Shown: positions 1 through 7,224 of the stretch, one piece after another
Numbering within the stretch: the stretch's first letter is position 1
Layout of the letters: each line of letters begins with the position of its first letter
Source: a virus
Lineage: Duplodnaviria > Caudoviricetes
Strand: one strand, 5' to 3'
IMG/VR virus record: IMGVR_UViG_3300015171_000005
Coordinates: 1 to 59,504 of that record
DNA: 59,504 bases
Notes under the pieces: model-generated
Database searches by the model: none
What the model saw: only the letters and a program-made list of their open reading frames with translations
Told to the model about the DNA's origin: nothing
Translations under genes and position numbers: made by a program

Positions 1-121
1 ACTGCTCGACGATCGATGTGAACTCGTAGGTGTTGGGGTATGACGATTTTTCGATGCCGTTGGGGGTCTTCGTGAAGGTTTTGGTCAGGGGGATCGCGGC
101 CTTCAGGAACGTGATTTCCAT
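1..121 (-). CDS. 5' end of a gene truncated by the window edge; probably the large primase/replication protein
   Basis: Manual translation MEITFLKAAIPLTKTFTKTPNGIEKSSYPNTYEFTSIVEQ; sigma70-like promoter upstream; next to the origin-like region; no primase elsewhere in the window (function is inference). Confidence 0.5.
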   Translation of the reverse strand, partial: MEITFLKAAIPLTKTFTKTPNGIEKSSYPNTYEFTSIVEQ

Positions 122-156
122 GGCTCTCTTTGAATGTTGGGAAACTGCGGATCAAC

Positions 157-185
157 AGCATAGCCGCAGGCATGTTTGACTTCAA
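157..185 (-). promoter_or_regulatory. sigma70-like promoter
   Basis: TTGAAG-17 nt-TATGCT on the minus strand, upstream of the ATG at 121. Confidence 0.55.
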
Positions 186-200
186 CAGCGATTTTGCACA

Positions 201-465
201 GATGTTCCGATCTGCATCGGAACATCAGGACAGGATCGTAACGCTTAAGTGCTTGAAATTAAAGATTTGTTCCAAAGTTCCAATCCTTACCTCTACCCTC
301 TATTAGTAGTAGTAGTAGTAGTAGTAGTAGTTATATATAGAGGTTTCGAGAAAATCGGCGAATTTCGGAACAATCAAAGTAATCAACGACTTACTGAAAA
401 GTGGGTTCGGTACGTCTTTGATTTGATTGAGTTAAAATCAGAACACGCTTCGGAACGATCGGAAC
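201..465. other. putative replication origin
   Basis: AT-rich non-coding region; inverted repeat GATGTTCCGA/TCGGAACATC (201-226); repeated GTTCC(G/A)A / TCGGAAC motifs on both sides of a central (TAG)9; IHF-consensus match AATCAACGACTTA at 381-393 and a near match at 246-258 (minus). Confidence 0.55.
304..330. repeat. (TAG)9 trinucleotide tandem repeat
   Basis: Nine perfect TAG units counted directly. Confidence 0.95.
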
Positions 466-547
466 AGGGCTTTTTTGGCAGTCCGAGCCCCTCTGGCCCA
501 CTAATGCAAGCGGCGAGCCCTTGTGGGGCCCACCGCTTGTGTGCTGC

Positions 548-1522
548 TTACGCTTCGATCAGCGCGTGTTGCGTCTTCAGGACTTCCTTCTCGAAGGCGA
601 GACGCACTTCACTGTCTTTGTTCGCCATCGTGAGTTCGAGCAGGATTTCCTCGCAGAGCGTGTTCAGCGCTTTGCGATTGAAACGCTCGTCGCTCGGTTT
701 CTTGTCTTCCTGCGCGAGTGCCGAGATGCTCTGGTTGTACACGGAACGCGCGATCTGGAACTGCGCGTACAGCGGCAGCCGGTTCCACACGTCATCGGAG
801 AACTCTTCTCGTTGTGCCGTACGCAGCACGTGGTGCACGTGGTCGAGTTCGATCTGTGCCTTCCTCACCTTGCGCTCTTCCTCGCTGGCCGTCGTGCCCA
901 TGATCTTGGCCTTCAGGTACGGCGTGGTGGGCGACTTGGCGATGTCCGCCGATTCGAACTTGTCGTACTCGGCGAGAGCTTTCGCGCGTTCCTGCTCTTC
1001 GTCGCGCTTCAGCATGCGTCCGTAGATCACGTTCGGCTCGGGGCGCTCGAAGGTCGTGTTGGTCTGGTCGGCGCGCACGAGTCCCAACAGGTACTTGTAT
1101 GCACCGTGGAACTGCGAGCCATCCACGAATGGCAGCGCGTCGTGCCCCACTTCCTTGGTGTTGGCGATCGTCTGGGTGATCGCGTCGGCTTCGGAGATCA
1201 TGTCGTTCATGAAGTCGATCGTGCTCTCGTACTTCGGAGTCGCGTTCTGCTTCCTCATGTCCCACACGATGTTGGCCACCGAGTAGTAGCCGATCTTGTT
1301 GGTCAGCACGCGCAAGGCGACGGACCCCCAGAACGGGTTGGACTTGGTGAGTTCGTCGATGTACGCCAACGGGTTGGAGATCGTCGCCTTCATCGGGTTG
1401 CTGACGACTTGCGCGTTGTGGAGCGCGTCTTCGAGGACCGTGGTTTTCGGGACGCCGAGGTTGCTGATCTGGTGCGTCGCTTCGGCTTTGACGAGCTTGC
1501 GTTGCTTCTGTTTCGTTGCCAT
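548..1522 (-). CDS. hypothetical early protein (324 aa)
   Basis: ATG at 1522 with CAGGAGA RBS; GC-rich third codon positions. Confidence 0.8.
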   Translation of the reverse strand: MATKQKQRKLVKAEATHQISNLGVPKTTVLEDALHNAQVVSNPMKATISNPLAYIDELTKSNPFWGSVALRVLTNKIGYYSVANIVWDMRKQNATPKYESTIDFMNDMISEADAITQTIANTKEVGHDALPFVDGSQFHGAYKYLLGLVRADQTNTTFERPEPNVIYGRMLKRDEEQERAKALAEYDKFESADIAKSPTTPYLKAKIMGTTASEEERKVRKAQIELDHVHHVLRTAQREEFSDDVWNRLPLYAQFQIARSVYNQSISALAQEDKKPSDERFNRKALNTLCEEILLELTMANKDSEVRLAFEKEVLKTQHALIEA

Positions 1523-1839
1523 TCTGGATGTCTCCTGTTGATGTAGATATCGATGTACTCGTCGATGATCGGGATGCCTGTGATGAATACGGGCTTCCAG
1601 ATGCATGCGATCGAGGCTTGGTACGTTGAGGTTTCGATTGTGTGAATTGTCGCTGGCATCTGCCTCCTGAGAATGAGATCGACCAAGGGGCATTCGAGTG
1701 CTTCTTCGATACGTGAATACAGGGTCTCGGGTGACATGCACAATGAATCATCCAAGTTGTAGTAGTTATCCACGTAATGGGCGAACGGTGTTCCTGCTTC
1801 GTACAGCACTTCGTTCGGATTGTCTCCGCGTTGCGGCAT
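1390..1839 (-). CDS. hypothetical protein
   Basis: CAGGAG RBS before ATG; 3' part overlaps the next gene. Confidence 0.5.
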   Translation of the reverse strand: MPQRGDNPNEVLYEAGTPFAHYVDNYYNLDDSLCMSPETLYSRIEEALECPLVDLILRRQMPATIHTIETSTYQASIACIWKPVFITGIPIIDEYIDIYINRRHPEWQRNRSNASSSKPKRRTRSATSASRKPRSSKTRSTTRKSSATR

Positions 1840-1870
1840 TGATTACTCCTGTGTACGCGGTTGATCGGGT

Positions 1871-2089
1871 TCAGTACGGGTAGTCGCTTCCTTTCTCGTC
1901 GGTGAGACGGTGGGTTGGGGTGGTGATGAATGCACGGCGCACGTGATCCCAAGGCAGTTGGGATTCACCGATTGCGCCTCCGATGGGTGAGAAGAGATCG
2001 ATTGGTTGCCTGCCATGGCACGCGCATGTCATCTTGTTTGCGTCGCGAGGTGTGTTGATGATGGTTTGCTTCTGGTTGCTGGTGCTCAT
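1871..2089 (-). CDS. hypothetical protein
   Basis: GAGG RBS, ATGA overlap with upstream gene. Confidence 0.6.
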   Translation of the reverse strand: MSTSNQKQTIINTPRDANKMTCACHGRQPIDLFSPIGGAIGESQLPWDHVRRAFITTPTHRLTDEKGSDYPY

Positions 2090-2274
2090 GCGATCCTCTT
2101 GATTTGAAGTACTTCGTTGGTGGTGGATTCTCCGACTTGAAGCGTTACGATCTTGGTTATCTCTGTCTCTGTCAGACCATATCTTTCAATGACATGAGTA
2201 CAGAATTCACTAAGTGTGAATCTCAATCCTTTTGCGTATCGCTTTCCAATCTTGAAGCGAATGGTGAAATACAT
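2086..2274 (-). CDS. hypothetical protein
   Basis: TAGGAGA RBS before ATG at 2274 (MYFTIRFK...). Confidence 0.6.
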   Translation of the reverse strand: MYFTIRFKIGKRYAKGLRFTLSEFCTHVIERYGLTETEITKIVTLQVGESTTNEVLQIKRIA

Positions 2275-2343
2275 GTTGTCTCCTAGAGAGGGCTCTGGAT
2301 GTCCGAGAGAGCATCCAGAGGAAAAACAAAAAGCTGAAAGGAT

Positions 2344-2370
2344 GCAGCGCACGGGTTCACCGTGCGCTGC
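2344..2370. promoter_or_regulatory. conserved hairpin, copy 1
   Basis: GCAGCGCACGG-GTTCA-CCGTGCGCTGC; homologous to 3615-3641. Confidence 0.6.
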
Positions 2371-2418
2371 GAGTGATTGAGTTACCTCGCTATGCAATAG
2401 ATGTTGAATGCGAGTCGT

Positions 2419-2700
2419 TCATAGCTTGCTCGTCATGTCGTACATGCCGCGCACGTATTTGCCATTCTCGCGATAGCCCCAGAGTTTGCGGCCACCGGAG
2501 AGCAGCACGGAGCACATGAGTGCGCCGACTGTTGCAGCCATGACACCGCTGAATGTGCCCCAGTGAATCAGGGTCAACAGCGTGAAGACTAGGATGTCGA
2601 TGGCTAATGGATGCGACAGCATGAACATGCGTGTACGCCATCCGCATTTGCCAAACCACATGCAGAGACCCAATGCAACCAGCAGGCCGGATTCAAGCAT
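2419..2700 (-). CDS. small membrane protein
   Basis: AAGGAGA RBS; several hydrophobic segments. Confidence 0.75.
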   Translation of the reverse strand: MLESGLLVALGLCMWFGKCGWRTRMFMLSHPLAIDILVFTLLTLIHWGTFSGVMAATVGALMCSVLLSGGRKLWGYRENGKYVRGMYDMTSKL

Positions 2701-2823
2701 TTGAATCTCCTTGATGATGGTGAATGTATTTGAAATACTTGGTTTCGTTATCGACATCGATGTCGATTGACATTTCGATGTAAGCCACCCAGAACCAGAA
2801 GATCACTTCGTTCGGGGGCATGA

Positions 2824-3072
2824 TTACGCAACCTCGGCTTTGCCGGAGATTTGCGCCTTGGCGATAGCCGCAGCCTTGCGGGCGGCGTAGTCGCTGTTGG
2901 TGTTGTTGGAGTTGCTCGCTTTGCGCGCAGCATCTCGTTGCTGGCGATAGATGTTCGCCCAGTGCGCGTTATCAGCGCTGCGCTTGGTGACTTCCGCCAA
3001 TTCCACGCGGAGCGTGGCGATCTGAAGGTTGGCTTCGGCGAGTGCGGTAACGAGGGATTTGATCGTGGCCAT
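2824..3072 (-). CDS. hypothetical coiled-coil protein
   Basis: AAGGAGA RBS before MATIKSLV. Confidence 0.75.
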   Translation of the reverse strand: MATIKSLVTALAEANLQIATLRVELAEVTKRSADNAHWANIYRQQRDAARKASNSNNTNSDYAARKAAAIAKAQISGKAEVA

Positions 3073-3113
3073 TATGTTCTCCTTGATGTGAATCGTGACG
3101 ATGCTTGGACTAC

Positions 3114-3149
3114 GCATCGTGTTGCCCAGCACGCTGGGCAACACGCTGC
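3114..3149. promoter_or_regulatory. long intergenic hairpin
   Basis: GCATCGTGTTGCCCAGC-AC-GCTGGGCAACACGCTGC. Confidence 0.55.
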
Positions 3150-3168
3150 TTAGTGAGAAGCTCAGTGA

Positions 3169-3564
3169 TTAATGGACCAGCGCGCCTTCTTTGCGCGCGG
3201 CGAACCACGTGCGAGCGTTGCTGAATTTCGCTTTCGCGAAGTCGATGGCAACTTCACCGTTGTTGCACACGAACTGCACGACGGGCGTCGCTGTCGCGAG
3301 CATGAAGTACACCGCGCCGACGGTGATGAAAATCCACGCTACGAGCGTGATCCACGCAGGCATCATGAGCAGCGACACTGCCACGAGCAGGTTGCCCAGC
3401 ACCGTGCCGATGGTGTAGCCGTAGATGAAGGCGACGACGCCTTCGGCGAACATGCGCTTGAAGCTGGGGAGCTTGAGGCCCATGCTCTGCATGAGCGACT
3501 CGATGTCAGCGCCATGGAGTTCGTTGTTGATGTCATCACGTACCTGCTGCTTGGTCTTGGCCAT
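3169..3564 (-). CDS. membrane protein
   Basis: TAGGAGA RBS; two hydrophobic segments. Confidence 0.8.
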   Translation of the reverse strand: MAKTKQQVRDDINNELHGADIESLMQSMGLKLPSFKRMFAEGVVAFIYGYTIGTVLGNLLVAVSLLMMPAWITLVAWIFITVGAVYFMLATATPVVQFVCNNGEVAIDFAKAKFSNARTWFAARKEGALVH

Positions 3565-3614
3565 GTGTATCTCCTAATGAGTGATTGAGGGGAACAACAC
3601 AAAGCTCACAGGAT

Positions 3615-3641
3615 GCAGCACACGGATTCATCGTGTGCTGC
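3615..3641. promoter_or_regulatory. conserved hairpin, copy 2
   Basis: GCAGCACACGG-ATTCA-TCGTGTGCTGC; compensatory changes relative to copy 1. Confidence 0.6.
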
Positions 3642-3810
3642 GGGCCCGAAGGGCCTGCTTTGGGGCCCCCTTCACCGGGAAGGAGGCGAATCCGAAGTGG
3701 GGGGTGGTTTTGGGTCGGGGGAGAGAGGGCCCCGCCTCCCCGTCACTGAGGTACCCCCTTAAAAAAAATTATTTTTTTTGTACGACGGTTGTACTACCGG
3801 GGTAGTACAG
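3642..3810. other. candidate packaging-initiation/terminus region
   Basis: G/C runs, GGTACCCC, A8-TTA-T8 tract and TGTACTACC/GGTAGTACA hairpin in the divergent gap before terS; function is inference. Confidence 0.35.
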
Positions 3811-3825
3811 GAGCTTTTTTGAAAA

Positions 3826-3854
3826 TTGCAATAGGACGATGCTTACAGTATGAT
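3826..3854 (+). promoter_or_regulatory. sigma70-like promoter of the packaging operon
   Basis: TTGCAA-17 nt-TATGAT. Confidence 0.6.
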
Positions 3855-3881
3855 CGGCTCAATATTTTCAACAACTTAGGC

Positions 3882-4505
3882 ATGAATCCTATAGCCGCCA
3901 AGCAATTTGCGATGCGTGCGCCCCGTAACCTTCGGACGAAGAAGGGCAAGGACGCCGTCAAGGAGATCGAAAAAGTCAGGGTGCGTGGACTGCGTGCGCA
4001 TGTCGTCGATGCGCAGAAGCTTCGCGATGTCGAGAAGAAAAACGCCGACCGTTCCCTCACCGACAAGCAGCGCCAGTTCGTGCGCTTCTGGTCTTCGGGC
4101 GAGACGCCGCGCACGGCGTCGATACTGGCGGGCTACAGCGAAGAATCGCAGAGTGTCGTGTGGCGGATGCAGAACGACCCGGCCATTCTCAAGATATACC
4201 GCGAAGAAAAAAAGCTCTACGAAGAAGCCGGGCACATGACGCGCCGTCGTGTGATGAACATGCTGGAGGAAGCCTACAACGACGCGAAGCTGCTCTCCGA
4301 ACCGGCGACCATGGTCGCGGCGGCGCGCGAGCTAGGCAAACTCTGCGGATACTACGAGCCCGACAAGCATGTGCATGTGCACATGGGCGGCAAGTTGATG
4401 GACCGCATGAATTCGCTCTCGGACGCGGAGCTTCTGAAGATCATCAACGAGCCGGAACCCGATACGGTCGAAGGTGAAGTGCTCCAACTAGAGGGCCCGA
4501 CTTGA
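3882..4505 (+). CDS. terS: terminase small subunit
   Basis: LTDKQRQF...A.ILAGYS helix-turn-helix and ELGKLCGYY motifs; overlaps the terL start; start codon uncertain. Confidence 0.85.
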   Translation: MNPIAAKQFAMRAPRNLRTKKGKDAVKEIEKVRVRGLRAHVVDAQKLRDVEKKNADRSLTDKQRQFVRFWSSGETPRTASILAGYSEESQSVVWRMQNDPAILKIYREEKKLYEEAGHMTRRRVMNMLEEAYNDAKLLSEPATMVAAARELGKLCGYYEPDKHVHVHMGGKLMDRMNSLSDAELLKIINEPEPDTVEGEVLQLEGPT

Positions 4506-6973
4506 CGACGCCCGACGAGCTTGTCGCTCGCAAGGAGCTTGCCAATCGAATCTGGGCGCGCCGCCGCTTGCTGGCGTTCATACAGCGGCTCGATCCAGCC
4601 TATCTCGCGGGTTGGGTGCATGAAGATATTTGCAGGCGGCTGGAGCGCTTCAGCGACGACGTGGCGAAGGGCTTGAGCCCGCGCCTCATGATCTTGATGC
4701 CGCCCCGGCACGGCAAGAGCCGGATCGCGTCGATGGCGTTTCCTGCGTGGCACTTGGGACGCCATCCGAATCACGAGTTCATCGCGGCCTCGTACAACGT
4801 AGGTCTAGCGATGGGGTTCTCGCGTAAGGCGCAGGCCGTCATGAACGACCCGCGCTTCCCCTTTGAAGTGAAGCTGGACCCCAATAACCAGTCGGCTGAG
4901 TCGTGGGGCTTGCAGGGCTTCACGGGCGGCTATGTGGCTGCGGGTGTCGGCGGGGGTATCACCGGCAAGGGTGCGCACATCCTCACCATCGACGACCCAA
5001 TCAAGAACGCGGAGGAAGCTGACTCGCTTACCACGCGCGAAGCCCTTTCCGAGTGGTATGGATCGACGGCGTACACGCGCTTGGCCCCCGGAGGGGGCGT
5101 GCTTTTGATTCAGTGCATGACGGGGGATACCCCTGTGCTGCTTCCTGACGGTACGGAAAAGCGGCTGGATGCTATCCGCGCTGGGGATGTGATTGCCACG
5201 TATGAGAATAGTCGAATGACTGCCGCAAGGGTAGTCGCGTGGAGAAGTAATGGTAGTGATAATATCCTGAAAATAACTACGAAGTCTGGTAAAATCGTAC
5301 GAGCTAATGGGCGGCATCCATTCTTGGCCACGACTATTACCGGAGAACTCAAATGGATCAGGGTAAGAAGCTTAAGTACAGCGAACAAAATCGTAACCGT
5401 AAAGGGCAGCGAGGAAAGTGGATCGGAGTGGTCTGCTCTGTTGAAGGGTGCGCAGTACCAGCTAGGTGCCGTGGAATGTGTCACAAGCATTACGCCCGAA
5501 AGAAGTGGGCGGACGGACACCGCCCACCATCCCATAACCCCGAAGCGCTCCGAGAGCGGCATCTCAAACACCGATATGGGATCACCGCAGAGCAGTACGC
5601 CGCGCTTCTTGCCAAACAACAAGGCGCGTGCGCCGTATGTAAGGGAGATGGGTCTAATAACCCCGGAAGATGGAAGTACCGACTCGCCGTCGATCACTGC
5701 CATGAAGGTGGAAAAGTTCGTGGATTGCTCTGCAACGATTGCAACCTCGCAATCGGACATATTAGAACTGAGCCCGTCGCACTTGCCATTGCACGGTACC
5801 TCCGACTTCACGCTGGACGAGATCGTAAGCATCGAGCCTGATGGTGAAGAAGAAGTTTTCGATGTTCAGATTGACCGAACTACAAATTTCATCGCCAACG
5901 GAGTAGTAGCGTCGAACACCTGCTGGCATGATGATGATCTCGCCGGGCGCTTGCAGCAGGCCATGCAGGCTGACTTGAACGACCCCGACGTGGATCGTTT
6001 CGAGATCGTGAAGTACCCGGCCATTGCGGAAGCCGACGAGTGGATCGATTCCGTGACCGACGAGATCGTCCGCGTCGAGACCAAGCGCGCGGTCGTGCGT
6101 GACGACATGGTGGACCCGGCAGTCTGGAGCGCGAAGCGCCCAGCGGCGGTGAACGACGCGCAGATGGAGTTGGTGAAGCAGTTGGGGTTCACGAACTACA
6201 ACCTGAAGCTTCTGCGCGTCAAGGGCGAGCCGCTCCATCCGCAGCGCTACGATCTCACCAAGCTCGCACGGATTCGCAAGGCGCTGTCGAACAGGTTCTG
6301 GTCGGCGTTGTACCAGCAGAATCCGGTGCCTGATGATGGCAGCTACTTCCTGCGCGAGCAGTTCAAGCGCGACAAGACCCCCGACAAGAACGTGTGCAAT
6401 GTGTTCTTGGCGTTTGACTTCGCCATCACCGAGAAACAGGCCAACGACTACACGGTCGGCACGGTCGGGCTTCAGGACTACGACGACACCCTGCATGTCG
6501 CCGACATGGTCCGCTTCAAGACGCAGGATTCTTCGGTGATCGTCGAAGCGATCATCACGCTCATAAAGAAATGGCGCACCACGACCTTGCGCATGGGGTT
6601 CGAGAACGGCCAGATTTTCTTGGGCCTTGAGATGACATTGAAGAAGCGCATGCGGGAAGAGCGCTTGTTCATTCCATACGAAGTGTTGCAGCCCACCACG
6701 GACAAGAAGGTGCGCGCGAGCCCTTTTCAGGCACGCATGCAGCACGGGCGCGTTGCTTTCAAGGAGGGAGCCGAGTGGTTCCCGGTCATGCAGAACGAGA
6801 TGCTGCGCTTTCCTTCGGGCATTCACGACGATATCGTGGATTCGCTCGCGTGGATGGCGCGCTTGGTCACGCAGTACGAGCCCCCACGCAAACCGACACC
6901 CAAGGCCCAGAAGTCATGGCGCGACAAGATTCCCGGCATGGGTCGGCGTAACGCCGGGCCGATGGCGGCTTAA
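4502..6973 (+). CDS. terL: terminase large subunit, interrupted by an intein
   Basis: Walker A MPPRHGKS, Walker B LTIDDPIK, QT.WHDDDLAGR, C-terminal nuclease FP..IHDDIVDS. Confidence 0.97.
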   Translation: MTTPDELVARKELANRIWARRRLLAFIQRLDPAYLAGWVHEDICRRLERFSDDVAKGLSPRLMILMPPRHGKSRIASMAFPAWHLGRHPNHEFIAASYNVGLAMGFSRKAQAVMNDPRFPFEVKLDPNNQSAESWGLQGFTGGYVAAGVGGGITGKGAHILTIDDPIKNAEEADSLTTREALSEWYGSTAYTRLAPGGGVLLIQCMTGDTPVLLPDGTEKRLDAIRAGDVIATYENSRMTAARVVAWRSNGSDNILKITTKSGKIVRANGRHPFLATTITGELKWIRVRSLSTANKIVTVKGSEESGSEWSALLKGAQYQLGAVECVTSITPERSGRTDTAHHPITPKRSESGISNTDMGSPQSSTPRFLPNNKARAPYVREMGLITPEDGSTDSPSITAMKVEKFVDCSATIATSQSDILELSPSHLPLHGTSDFTLDEIVSIEPDGEEEVFDVQIDRTTNFIANGVVASNTCWHDDDLAGRLQQAMQADLNDPDVDRFEIVKYPAIAEADEWIDSVTDEIVRVETKRAVVRDDMVDPAVWSAKRPAAVNDAQMELVKQLGFTNYNLKLLRVKGEPLHPQRYDLTKLARIRKALSNRFWSALYQQNPVPDDGSYFLREQFKRDKTPDKNVCNVFLAFDFAITEKQANDYTVGTVGLQDYDDTLHVADMVRFKTQDSSVIVEAIITLIKKWRTTTLRMGFENGQIFLGLEMTLKKRMREERLFIPYEVLQPTTDKKVRASPFQARMQHGRVAFKEGAEWFPVMQNEMLRFPSGIHDDIVDSLAWMARLVTQYEPPRKPTPKAQKSWRDKIPGMGRRNAGPMAA
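5114..5917 (+). mobile_element. intein (268 aa) in terL
   Basis: Starts CMTGDTPVLLPDG (block A), has RANGRHPF (block B), ends VFDVQID..NFIANGVVASN followed by Thr+1; removal restores LLIQ-TCWHDDDLAGRL. Confidence 0.95.
5353..5841 (+). CDS. endonuclease VII-like (His-Me) homing endonuclease, nested out of frame in the intein
   Basis: GGAGA RBS at 5342-5346; CSVEGC..CRGMCHKHY Zn motif; YGIT.EQY..L...Q.G.CAVC...LAVDHCH..GKVRGLLC..CN.AIG EndoVII signature. Confidence 0.9.
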   Translation: MDQGKKLKYSEQNRNRKGQRGKWIGVVCSVEGCAVPARCRGMCHKHYARKKWADGHRPPSHNPEALRERHLKHRYGITAEQYAALLAKQQGACAVCKGDGSNNPGRWKYRLAVDHCHEGGKVRGLLCNDCNLAIGHIRTEPVALAIARYLRLHAGRDRKHRA

Positions 6974-6986
6974 GGGGGAGACATTC

Positions 6987-7223
6987 ATGCAGATGAGCGT
7001 CAAGTTCAAGATGGTGTGCGGTCACTCGTTGGAGCACTCGTGTTTTGCGACCGACCAGCACGCGCATGACCTCGTGTACGGATCGTCCGACGCGGCGAAC
7101 CGCGCAGTGACTAATTTCGCGGAGATGCTCCAGCACTGGATCACAACCCGCATGAAGAACCACGATTGCTCTTTGGTGAGCCCCGAAAATCCTACCGGCA
7201 ACAAGCACCAAAAAGGAATCTGA
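6987..7223 (+). CDS. hypothetical protein
   Basis: GGGGAG RBS; fills the gap between terL and portal. Confidence 0.7.
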   Translation: MQMSVKFKMVCGHSLEHSCFATDQHAHDLVYGSSDAANRAVTNFAEMLQHWITTRMKNHDCSLVSPENPTGNKHQKGI

Positions 7224-7224
7224 C

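Noticed and set aside
249-1025. 258-aa + strand ORF with poly-Val
   Set aside because: The poly-Val is the (TAG)9 repeat read as GTA, and the rest is antisense to the 548-1522 gene.
5912-5917. Missing penultimate His (Ser-Asn end) as evidence of a dead intein
   Set aside because: Inteins lacking the penultimate His are known to splice; Cys1, the block B His, terminal Asn and Thr+1 are present, and TerL is essential.
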